Shown in pieces: positions 11,045 through 20,900 of a stretch of 64,000 nucleotides of DNA. Location: positions 73,796 through 137,795 of the IMG/VR virus record IMGVR_UViG_3300011008_000010. One strand, given 5' to 3'. The notes beneath the pieces are model-generated. The model did no database searches. It was not told where the DNA came from and worked only from the letters and a program-made list of their open reading frames with translations. This DNA is from a virus (lineage: Duplodnaviria; Caudoviricetes). The position numbers and the translations under genes were made by a program. How positions within the stretch are numbered: the first letter of the stretch is position 1; each line of letters opens with the position of its first letter.

Positions 11045-11989
11045 GTGCTTAATATGTTTTTCCTAAACTCTCAATTCATCGGAGATGTTCATTCGATATG
11101 TCATACTCCGATCGAATCAGACAATTTTAAAAATATTAAATTGCAGAATGCCATCTTCGACGCTTTCTCAATGACACATGATATATTTTCTACTCCGTCT
11201 TCGAACTATAATAAGATTTGGGATATAGATACGATTCTTTATGCAGAATTTCAGAATTCTGTATCTGCCGGTTCTGTTGATTGGCAGAAATCTGATACCC
11301 CAATGTATCTGATCAAACGTAGGGAATCTGGCGGAGACGAAAATTCATGGATCACAATTGCAAAATACGATATTATAGATGGCGATTCTGTAAACGAAGC
11401 AGGCGTTGATTTCCTGAATGCTTCTAAAATTACATATGATTATGCCTTTGTCCCGATCAGGAACGGTTCAGAGGGCGAGTATATTATGAATACTGTATAC
11501 TCAGAATTTGATGGAATCGCAATCATGGAACAAGGAGAATACTGGTGGTCTCCTATTACCGATGCATTCGTGAATACAACAAGGAATGTCGAGAAAAACT
11601 TTAATACTATGCTTAACAACAGATATCCTATTTCTGTGACAAGAGCAATTACCAATTATGATTCTGGAGATGGTCATGGTATGTTCTTGCCGTTCAACGA
11701 AGAGGATTGCAAGTTTGTTTCCGAAGATAGTGCAAGAGTTAAACACCAGAGAAAATTTATGGATTTTCTTACAAACTATCAGCCGAAAATTCTCAAGACA
11801 TTGGATGGCAGAATTTGGTTGGTCGATGTTGCACCAAGCCCTTCAGACCAAGCCAATGGGTATTATGATGAACGTTACGTCGATTTCACATGGCATGAAA
11901 TTGGAAGATATGATTCAGAAAAGGATCTGTACCGCTCAAACTTGTTGAATGTAGAAGAAGAATTCTGGTCGCAGAACTATGCGGACTGA
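11045..11989 (+). CDS. Phage tail/baseplate protein (possibly distal-tail-like)
   Basis: 314-aa ORF in the tail module; FMDFLTNYQPKILKTLDGRIWLV resembles motifs of Firmicutes phage tail proteins. Confidence 0.55.
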   Translation: MLNMFFLNSQFIGDVHSICHTPIESDNFKNIKLQNAIFDAFSMTHDIFSTPSSNYNKIWDIDTILYAEFQNSVSAGSVDWQKSDTPMYLIKRRESGGDENSWITIAKYDIIDGDSVNEAGVDFLNASKITYDYAFVPIRNGSEGEYIMNTVYSEFDGIAIMEQGEYWWSPITDAFVNTTRNVEKNFNTMLNNRYPISVTRAITNYDSGDGHGMFLPFNEEDCKFVSEDSARVKHQRKFMDFLTNYQPKILKTLDGRIWLVDVAPSPSDQANGYYDERYVDFTWHEIGRYDSEKDLYRSNLLNVEEEFWSQNYAD

Positions 11990-12036
11990 AGATGCGGAGT
12001 TCACAGCTTTAATTGTGAAAATGAGAGGTTGGCAAT

Positions 12037-12150
12037 ACCGTAGGGCATACGGAAATTTACGCTTGTGGACTCTGTGTAAGACTAAAGGTGTGAGCCAATG
12101 CAGTAGAGGTTGAAGCAAGAATCCAGCTATTTTAATTGTGGGGAGTGTCA
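12037..12150 (+). mobile_element. IS200/IS605 right-end remnant resembling a TnpB omega-RNA scaffold; no tnpB ORF
   Basis: accgtagggcatacggaaatttacgcttgtgga ... gaagcaagaatcc...gtggggagtgtca matches the typical layout of the sequence 3' of tnpB and the right end. Confidence 0.65.
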
Positions 12151-14144
12151 TGGCTACTTATTTTATTACTGACAAAGACATCGAACTTATTACGATGCAG
12201 AATCCAATTAAATATGTTGCACGTTTTGAAGTCTATGATTCAAACGAACAGATCATAGACGAAGTGGACGGCATTATCGAGGCTGGTGATTACTCTATCA
12301 GTTCCGATTCGGATGTGCGGAGAACGGTGTCTTTGACGATTGCACCCAGCCAGTTACATCCACATAATATGATCTTTGAAGAAGGCGGCAATATTTGGCT
12401 TGATAAAACCGTCCATTTAAAGATTGGCATTATTGATATCAAAACTGGAGATATAACATATTATTCTTCTGGATATTATGAGTATACGGATGTTAGTGGA
12501 CACTATGATGTGGCTACCAATAATTTAACAGTATCTTTGAATGATTTCATGGTTCTTTTAGACGGTACAAAGAACGGACAGATAGGTGCTTTATCTACTA
12601 TTATTCCTGCTTACCAAGAAGATCCTACGACCGGAGAAGTAATCGAGTATAACTATATTAGAGATGCTATGGTTGCTGCGGTTAGTCAATTGGGAAAAGT
12701 CAAGGAATGCTATGTAGAGGATATTGGAGAAGCCTTTGGTACTGAGAGATTTAATCAGAATTTTGAGGAGTACAGACGCATTCATCCTTTGTGGGCAAGC
12801 GTACCGTATGATCTTGAGTTTGGAACAGGAACATCTGTTCTTGAAATTGTAACGAGTCTAAGAGATTTGTACCCAAATTATGAGGCGTTTTTCGATCCGA
12901 TTTATTATAACTCTTTTGTTTGCCAGCAGATACCAAGTTGTTTGGATGATAAACCTACATTTACAGATGATTTTATGCAATATGTTGTTATTTCTGAGGA
13001 TACAAGCGTAGATTTAACGACAGTCAAGAACGTGTGCGAAGTGTGGGGGCAAATTATCGAAACAGATTTCTACACAGAAGACTGCGATATGTTTAATGAC
13101 GTTGAAATCAGATGTAATGTGGCTGCTTACGATGAAGACTATAAGAACAATGATAAAATTGCCGTTATGATGCCGGAAGACAGCGAATCAGAGTTATATA
13201 TCAACGTCAATGAACTTGGCAGAGTTCCTATTTATGACAGAAATACCGATAAATTTTATGAAGCAGGAACGTTTTCTAAGAATTACGTATATGTATTTCA
13301 GATTGATCGGTCTCGCATTGAGGGTGTAACTATTACCAAAGCATATTATATTGGCTCCTGGCAGGTTCATGCTATTGATGCGTTAGTAGATGGGTCTCAT
13401 AATTCAGGAACACATACTTGTTCTGACGGCAGAATTGTACAGAAGTATAGCGAAGAATATTTTCAGGATGTTTACAATTGTAAAACGGTTCATTTAACGA
13501 TCTATCCTGATTCTCCGTATACGGTGCAAAAACTCGGAGAGTTATTGGATGTCAAAAGTGGTGATGAATATGACAATATTACGAGCGACTATCTTGCAGA
13601 GCAAAGAGCGATCTTTGAAAATTGGAGAAATTGCAGGCTTACAGATCATATTACTATTACCACTCTTTTGGTCCCATATTACGATGTAAATGTTAAGGTG
13701 AACTACAGGCCGATAAGAGATGAAGAAGCGCATGACTATATCATTTCTCAAATTAGTCACAACTTTGATTCTCTCACTTCTACGGTCCAGATGTATCGTT
13801 TTTATCCTTTGTACAACGAAGAAGAAAAGACTACATATGGTTATAAGGGATTGGATGAAAACTTCGTTTGTCTTGGATATCAATATGCTGTTGGCAGTAT
13901 CTTTGTGCATGATGGTGAATTTGAAATGTGTGAAGAAGGCTTCCATTTCTGCTTGGATATGAACGATGCGTTTAAGTATTATCCTCCTGAACTTGGGAGT
14001 AGGTATGCATATGTAAAAGCGTATGGACCGGTTGATGTATCTTTAGATGATACAAAAACGGTATGTAGAAAAATCGAAGTTATTAGAGAGATCCCTTTAG
14101 CGGAAGCAAAATATATTGCAAGACAGACAAAGGGGTTGGCTTAG
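12150..14144 (+). CDS. Baseplate hub/Tal-like structural protein with an extra C-terminal domain
   Basis: N-terminal SISSDSDVRRTVSL motif of Firmicutes phage tail proteins; the last ~100 aa (GYKG...GFHFC...RKIEVIREI) look like a separate domain. Confidence 0.6.
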   Translation: MATYFITDKDIELITMQNPIKYVARFEVYDSNEQIIDEVDGIIEAGDYSISSDSDVRRTVSLTIAPSQLHPHNMIFEEGGNIWLDKTVHLKIGIIDIKTGDITYYSSGYYEYTDVSGHYDVATNNLTVSLNDFMVLLDGTKNGQIGALSTIIPAYQEDPTTGEVIEYNYIRDAMVAAVSQLGKVKECYVEDIGEAFGTERFNQNFEEYRRIHPLWASVPYDLEFGTGTSVLEIVTSLRDLYPNYEAFFDPIYYNSFVCQQIPSCLDDKPTFTDDFMQYVVISEDTSVDLTTVKNVCEVWGQIIETDFYTEDCDMFNDVEIRCNVAAYDEDYKNNDKIAVMMPEDSESELYINVNELGRVPIYDRNTDKFYEAGTFSKNYVYVFQIDRSRIEGVTITKAYYIGSWQVHAIDALVDGSHNSGTHTCSDGRIVQKYSEEYFQDVYNCKTVHLTIYPDSPYTVQKLGELLDVKSGDEYDNITSDYLAEQRAIFENWRNCRLTDHITITTLLVPYYDVNVKVNYRPIRDEEAHDYIISQISHNFDSLTSTVQMYRFYPLYNEEEKTTYGYKGLDENFVCLGYQYAVGSIFVHDGEFEMCEEGFHFCLDMNDAFKYYPPELGSRYAYVKAYGPVDVSLDDTKTVCRKIEVIREIPLAEAKYIARQTKGLA

Positions 14145-14153
14145 GAGGACGAT

Positions 14154-14483
14154 ATGAGTTATACCCACGAGTTGTCTAATTTTCCCAATACGCCTATTAA
14201 TCTGCCAGAATTTAAAGATGTAGATAATACGGTCCGAACATTAGTGGAACAAGTTAGACAATACAGGATGGCAGGAAATTATACTGCTGCGGCAAATTTA
14301 ATTCAACAAAACAATGACACTCTTAGACAGTATAATTTTACTGCTGAAGATGTAAACAGGATTGTTGAAGACATCAGAAACACGCAGTTATATGTGCAAT
14401 CGAAGAAACAGCAACTGTATTATACTGCAAGCGAAAACAATTTTGTCGGGTCAGACCAAGATATTTGGATTGGCCCGAATTAA
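14154..14483 (+). CDS. Small tail/baseplate protein
   Basis: AGGAGG RBS; similar to the N-terminus of the next ORF. Confidence 0.7.
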   Translation: MSYTHELSNFPNTPINLPEFKDVDNTVRTLVEQVRQYRMAGNYTAAANLIQQNNDTLRQYNFTAEDVNRIVEDIRNTQLYVQSKKQQLYYTASENNFVGSDQDIWIGPN

Positions 14484-15412
14484 TGGAGGAGGCGGATATG
14501 CCGAGTTACAATAAAAATAGCGTATTCGCGGTGAGCAGCGCAGGAACCATTCCTAATAAGGTTGATGATCTTATCTTCTTTGAAGACATCAATAAAAATG
14601 AGATTGCTATTTGGAATGAGTTTGAGCGAATTATGTCTACGGGGGATTATGAAGCTGCTCACACTTATATAAAAGGATATGCGGAAGTACATGGATACTT
14701 TGGGGATTTATATAATTTGATGGTGAACAGAATCAAGGCCGTTCAAAACTTTTTAGTTTTGAATGAAACAAATATAAATAATGCTACCGGAGTATTTGAT
14801 TCTTTTAAAAAGCCTGAGATTTTTGTTTATCAACAAGAACCTGACACGCCAAAGGATATTATTAAAGACCAGGTATGGATTGGACCAAAAGGATATTTCG
14901 ATGAAGACGAAGCAAAAGAAAGCATTAATAAATTAAAAATGACGTTGGGCAATTATCCTCCGACAACATTATCTATGACCTCGATATGGGGTACAGATAT
15001 GAGTGTAGTAATTGATGAAGATGGATATGTTACAATAAATGGCGGCTCTGATTCGTTGACAAGTGCTCTTAATCTTAGGATTGGTCTTGTTCCAAAAGGA
15101 GTTCTTTCTAACGGAGAAATATGGTCATATTGGAATTATTATGTTTCTGGTAGTGTAGAGAATTATAAAAGCGGGAGTTTTGAATTTGATTGGTTTACGC
15201 CAGACAACAAATCGAAGTCTATCACGCTGCCGACATCAAGAACTGCAAATATGCATGCCAATTTAATTTCTGTTGATGGCGACGACATGGTTGAATTATT
15301 CTTTCGTAAAAAACCGACCGAAATATATCATAATTTAAAAGTTGGTTTTATGATATGTAAGACTTCGGATACGTCGCCGAATCAAAAGTATGTAAAGTAT
15401 GAAGGTGCATAG
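14465..15412 (+). CDS. Tail protein; N-terminus paralogous to 14154-14483 (true start probably ATG 14498)
   Basis: Shared FxD...GxYxAA...NRI pattern; GGAGG precedes 14498. Confidence 0.65.
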   Translation: MDWPELMEEADMPSYNKNSVFAVSSAGTIPNKVDDLIFFEDINKNEIAIWNEFERIMSTGDYEAAHTYIKGYAEVHGYFGDLYNLMVNRIKAVQNFLVLNETNINNATGVFDSFKKPEIFVYQQEPDTPKDIIKDQVWIGPKGYFDEDEAKESINKLKMTLGNYPPTTLSMTSIWGTDMSVVIDEDGYVTINGGSDSLTSALNLRIGLVPKGVLSNGEIWSYWNYYVSGSVENYKSGSFEFDWFTPDNKSKSITLPTSRTANMHANLISVDGDDMVELFFRKKPTEIYHNLKVGFMICKTSDTSPNQKYVKYEGA

Positions 15413-15421
15413 GGAGGCAAC

Positions 15422-16525
15422 ATGGAACAAAAAACAATAACAGGACAGGCATTCCGTGTGCTTACCGATGCAGCCAACGGAGTGTTTCATAAAATTTCTT
15501 TGTGGACGCATGCCAATGATGTCGAAATGGAAAATGGCGATACGCTTACCGTTGCTATGGAAGACAAATATAATCTTTCTAAAAATGCATTGGTAATAAC
15601 ATCTTTAAATGATCTCGAAGATGATACATTTGGACAGTTTGAAGTAGATCAGGATATGGGAAGTATTGTTGTAGGCGATGTTACTCTTACGTATAATTCA
15701 ACACCATACGGATATTTTTCTTACTCGTTTGGCAAAAGCGGAGTTGACAAGACAATATTCGTATTTGATTTAAGAAGGACAACTGCTTCATATATAACGC
15801 TTGGTACGCCATTCTATGTGTTTACGAGGACTGCTGCAAGTGGTGGTTGGATGGGTCATTTGATGACATCTAAAAGAGAATTGAATGAACTTCAATATTA
15901 TCTTGAACAGCAGATTGCAAGACTTGAAAGAATTAAACTTGGCTACTCCAGTAAAAGGATTGGCATTGCATCTCTTGATGACATTCCGATGAATGAAGTT
16001 GGTAAGGCGCTTATTACTCAAAGTAAAACAATTGGTTATTATGAGAAAGTATCCAATATTACGACTTACATTCTTGCTGGTGAGTATATGTATATGTCTC
16101 ACGAGGACGAGAGACAGCATAAAACAATTGTAATGTTTTCCAATTCAAAAGGCGAAAGTGATCTTTTGATTGGTGGCGGCTATATTTGCACCAATACTGG
16201 CATGACAGGTGCGCCCTGGATCATAACAAGGATTATCAGTCCTACCGACTTTTCTACAGACGAAACCGGTTTAAGAGAACAAATTGTTGCTTCTCTTACT
16301 GGACAGCTTTGGCCGGTAGGTGCTATTTATATCAATCTTACAAGAGAAAATCCTGGAAATTTCCTCGGAGGTACATGGAATCTTATTACGGAAGGCATTC
16401 TTACGGCAATTAAAGGAAGTCCGGAGCAAACAGGATATCATCAAAGAGACTTATACAAAGCCGTTCAAGATGAAGACCGGGGCGAACATTTGTATGGCGT
16501 ATTTGCATGGCAACGCATTGCATGA
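15422..16525 (+). CDS. Tail fibre/baseplate protein, paralog of 16589-17944
   Basis: Shared N-terminus GQAxRxLxDAxN..HKISxWTHAxDVEMxNG; C-terminal WPVGAIYI...NPG..LGGTW motif. Confidence 0.7.
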   Translation: MEQKTITGQAFRVLTDAANGVFHKISLWTHANDVEMENGDTLTVAMEDKYNLSKNALVITSLNDLEDDTFGQFEVDQDMGSIVVGDVTLTYNSTPYGYFSYSFGKSGVDKTIFVFDLRRTTASYITLGTPFYVFTRTAASGGWMGHLMTSKRELNELQYYLEQQIARLERIKLGYSSKRIGIASLDDIPMNEVGKALITQSKTIGYYEKVSNITTYILAGEYMYMSHEDERQHKTIVMFSNSKGESDLLIGGGYICTNTGMTGAPWIITRIISPTDFSTDETGLREQIVASLTGQLWPVGAIYINLTRENPGNFLGGTWNLITEGILTAIKGSPEQTGYHQRDLYKAVQDEDRGEHLYGVFAWQRIA

Positions 16526-16575
16526 GTAAACTACTCGGCTGTAAATAGTCGAGAATTCCCGCCCGATTAATTAAA
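16526..16575 (-). mobile_element. Short IS200/IS605-type hairpin end scar
   Basis: Minus strand reads tttaattaatcgggcgggaa, hairpin ctcgact...agccgag, then tagtttac. Confidence 0.45.
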
Positions 16576-16588
16576 GGAGACATATAAA

Positions 16589-17944
16589 ATGGCGACAGAA
16601 AGAATAGTTATCGGTCAGGCACAAAGAATTCTGGTCGATGCTACAAATAAAATTTGGCATAAAATATCTACTTGGACTCATGCAAGCGACGTTGAAATGC
16701 CAAATGGGGATCCGTTGAATGTGTTTTTGACGGATATGAATGACGATTTAAATGATAAACTGGACGGAAAATATAATAGTTACAACATTGGAACAACTGG
16801 GATCGCCAGTTTAGATGCTATTCCGGAAATCGGTTACAGCAGAATTCAAACGCTTAATGCAATTACGGCTGGGGAATACACATTGCCAGCAAATCATTAC
16901 TGCTATTGCTATTCGGGCAAAGATTCAAACAGTATTGAAAAAATGGCAGTAATGATTGATACGACTGATCTCACTTCCATTGTAATGTATATTGCTCATT
17001 ATAGCATTGAGGCAAGGTGGACTCTTACAAAAATCGCAACTCAGAAACAAATCGATAACTTACAAATGCAGATCGACAATCTGAATCAAGAGTTTAATGA
17101 ATTAAACCTGTTTGTCCAAACTTCTATGGGGACCATGAACGCATGGATTCAGGTGTTGCAAAATCAGATGGATTGGCTTGAAGCAGAGCTTGCAGAATTG
17201 CAGGAGCAGTTGAATGATTTGTTAAATGAGTTGAGAGATTTTAAAAATACAGTTAATGCAAAATTTGGGGAAATAGATAAGATTTTCAAGGGGCTTTATG
17301 GTGAAGTTGGTTCTATTTATCTTACAACAACCCCAACGATAAATGGGCAAATGGTATATGAGTTTTTAGAAGAACATTTTGGTGGAAAATGGGTTTTGGT
17401 ACAAGACGCTTATCTTTATGCTGGTCATTTTACCGGTCACGACGATGTGCCGGATGATTATATCGGAAATTCAGCAATGATAACTAAACCCGCAGAAGAC
17501 AATTATACAAAAATGCGAAATTGGAAAAATGTATTTTCGCCAGAATCGTCTGCTTCTTTTAAAGCAACAATGACAGATCGTATGGCAAGAAATTATTCCC
17601 AGATATATCAGGGCGTTGATGAATTTAAAATTAATTTTTCAAATCTACCGCAACATACGCACAATTTTGACACGGATGATTTGAGGACTAGAATAAGTTC
17701 TTTTAGAGTAAAAGATGTAAATGATTTTAGCAGCTATTTTATTAATGAGCGATATATAAAGAAGGATGCGATCGGTGGAAAAGACGATGGGTATAGATTT
17801 GGTACTTATGAAGAAGAAAAATTAATTGTGCCTGGTCAGTGGCTTACTACTACGGGATATATGTATAAAGGAAAAGACAATCCGGATTCGATTAAATTGA
17901 ATCCAACAAGATTCAAAGTTTATGTTTGGTGTAAGATTTCATAA
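16589..17944 (+). CDS. Tail fibre/baseplate protein with a coiled coil
   Basis: Paralogous N-terminus, heptad region, VGSIYL...FGGKW and NLPQHTH motifs. Confidence 0.7.
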   Translation: MATERIVIGQAQRILVDATNKIWHKISTWTHASDVEMPNGDPLNVFLTDMNDDLNDKLDGKYNSYNIGTTGIASLDAIPEIGYSRIQTLNAITAGEYTLPANHYCYCYSGKDSNSIEKMAVMIDTTDLTSIVMYIAHYSIEARWTLTKIATQKQIDNLQMQIDNLNQEFNELNLFVQTSMGTMNAWIQVLQNQMDWLEAELAELQEQLNDLLNELRDFKNTVNAKFGEIDKIFKGLYGEVGSIYLTTTPTINGQMVYEFLEEHFGGKWVLVQDAYLYAGHFTGHDDVPDDYIGNSAMITKPAEDNYTKMRNWKNVFSPESSASFKATMTDRMARNYSQIYQGVDEFKINFSNLPQHTHNFDTDDLRTRISSFRVKDVNDFSSYFINERYIKKDAIGGKDDGYRFGTYEEEKLIVPGQWLTTTGYMYKGKDNPDSIKLNPTRFKVYVWCKIS

Positions 17945-17971
17945 TAACATTATATTTTAGGAGCAGACCTC

Positions 17972-20900
17972 ATGGCAAAAGTAGGAAAAGTACAACAGAA
18001 AAGATGGCATTTAGATGGCGGCATTGAGGTCACTTCTATTCAAGAAGACGGAGATCAGAAGCCGTCGATTTATTTAGGTAATTATAACGTAGACAACTCG
18101 CCCAGCCTCGCACTCGTTGCTTATACGGGAAGTTATTATGATCTTGTTGATTATCCGGATCTTAGCAATTTTGTTGTAGATGGGAATTATGTCCATACAG
18201 ATAATAATTTTACAGATGAAGATAAGGCAAAGCTTGGCAATATGTTTAATTATACGTTGCCAATTGCGACAGAGAAATTATTGGGTGGTGTAAAAGTTGG
18301 CGATCATCTTGAGATGAGAAAAGATCCGAAAGATGATTCTAATAACCCGATAAAAGATAGGTTATCTGTAATAGAATCTGATTTTATTCAAGTTTTGAAT
18401 CCTAAAAGCATCGTCACAAAGTTTAGCGACATCCCGTTAGATGCTGCTGGACAATTGGGCATTTCTCCAATATATGCGCCTATCGAAACAGACAAAGATG
18501 TTAATGGATATTATATTCGTTATAACAACATGGCGTTTTTTTCTCAAGATCCGCAAACAGATACAAAGACTCTCAATGGTAAAACCATTAAAATTGAGCA
18601 GGAATATCTTTTGAAAGGTGGTCTTTGGTGGACAACAAAGAATGCCGGACAATGGATAAAAGTTCTTGACCAGTTCAACATCATATCTTTTAACGACCGC
18701 GTTGGAAAAGTTTATCCTGTTGGTATGGATGATTATCTCAATGAATCAGAAGACTATGATGCAAATATGGTCGGCGCTATGGCAAGAAGTGGCCATCCTG
18801 GTGTCTGGACGGTAATAAAAGATGAAGGACGTATTGTTCGTCAGTTTTGGAACGGTCAAACAATAGATTCTCTTAGAACCACTGATTCTGGCTGGGCAAG
18901 AATAGGTTGTCTAAAATGGGATTCGGAAAATAAAAGATTTAAGCCGGATCCCGTTAATTCTCCCACCGGAGGCATTATAAATGGTACATTTTGGAAGTTA
19001 GATGGACTACCTACGCTACCAACATATTGTGCAAATCCATATTATCCTGATACATATCGCGGCAATGGAAAGGGTTCTTTTTTCTTTATGCCAGATGATC
19101 AGGATCGTATCTGGGTAAAAAGAGGGAAAAATTGGGAGGATAACGGCTGGTTCTATCTTGAACAACTTCCAATTGCTACCAGAACAAGACTCGGCGGTAT
19201 TATGGTCGGCGCAGGTCTTGATATAACAGAGACGGGCGTATTGTCTGTTTCCGGTATTGTTACATCGTGGACTGGCAAGCAAGGTGCAAGACGAGTCAAT
19301 GAAGTAGTTGCCATGAATGGCGATTATGATGCAACAATGATTACATTCGGGAGCGAATGGTCAAATACTGCAAATGTAGATTACGAGTTAAAAAGGCTGT
19401 TATCTCTTATTAATACAAAGGCTCCGATTAATTCTCCGGCTTTTTCAGGCAGACCTACGACACCTACGCCGGGTCCCAATGATAATGGTACGCAAATAGT
19501 AAATATTGCTTGGGTACGAAATCATGTTGCAACAGAGTTGCAAAATGTAGTTGGGTATACGCTGCCTGTTGCTACGACATCCACTCTTGGCGGTATTATC
19601 GTAGGAAACGGATTGTCAATAAATGCGAGTGGAGTGCTCAGTGTTAATTTACCAAGCGGAAGTGGTAATGTTGTTGTAGATACATCTCCTAACACATCCA
19701 GTCAGAATCCTATAGCAAATAGTGCTATTACGCAATATGTCAACAATGTTGATAATAAATTCGATGATTATGTATTAAAATTAAACGGAACCGCTCAAAA
19801 TCTTACTCTTACCGGAAATGCAAAATATGTAACTCTTGCAAAAGGTACGTCAAATGACTATTTAGCTACAACCAAGTTTGTAATGGAGGCCATTGACGAA
19901 AAAATTTCTATTATAAATGATGGTAGTGGAGGTAGTAGTGTCGTCATTAACCAATATACTCTCCCTCCAGCAAGTGCAAGTACAAGAGGTGGTGTTAGGG
20001 TTAATGGCGATGGAATTATTCTAAAGAATACGGATCAAATTACTGTTGATGTAGATTATTTAAACAATGGCAAGTTAAAATACATTCGTTCTGAAGAAAA
20101 TTTAAATATTGGTACGCTTAATAGCATTCCAATGAATTCCTCCGGCGTTACAAAATTATCTGCGGCATATGGTCCTACGTCTAAAGATATGACCGGGTAT
20201 TATTTAAAATATAATGCTGGTAACAATGTTAGTTCCTATATTTTATGGTTTTGCGATTTTGAAACAAATGATAGTTATTATTTCGTGCATAAATCAGATA
20301 ATGAATATGCATGGAACAAAACGTTTTCTGTCGAGGGAAGTAGTAATTTTGAAGATTTTGATATAACAAAATATGCAAAATTGGACTCTCCTTCCTTTAC
20401 AGGAACTCCTACTATTATATCTGATTATTTAAATGATCCCGGATATAACGGATCTGGCATAGCAACTGCCACATTTGTTCAAACGGCTATCAGTTACAGA
20501 CTTGGGCAACAAGATAAAGCATCGGAGTCCAAATACGGCATCGTAAGAATTAAACCAAATGGAGGGATTAAAGTTGATAATGGCGTCATAGAAATGGATG
20601 GCGTTGTATCTTTTAATGGTAGAAATGGCGATGTCGTCCCTGGATCTGATGATTATAATTCTACTCAAATTAAATATAGCGGTAACGTTTCCGGTTCTAC
20701 TGTAAAAGCAGCGATTGATAATTTATGGTCAACAAAAGCTGCATCTAATAATACTAAACTGACCGGAGTTGCTACTTTAAATAATATACCAATTGCGACC
20801 CAAAGTTGGGTACAGGCATGGCAACCTATTGCAAGTACATCCAGTCTTGGCATGATTAAAATTGGAAATGGCTTAGAAATAGAATCTGATGGAACTTTGA

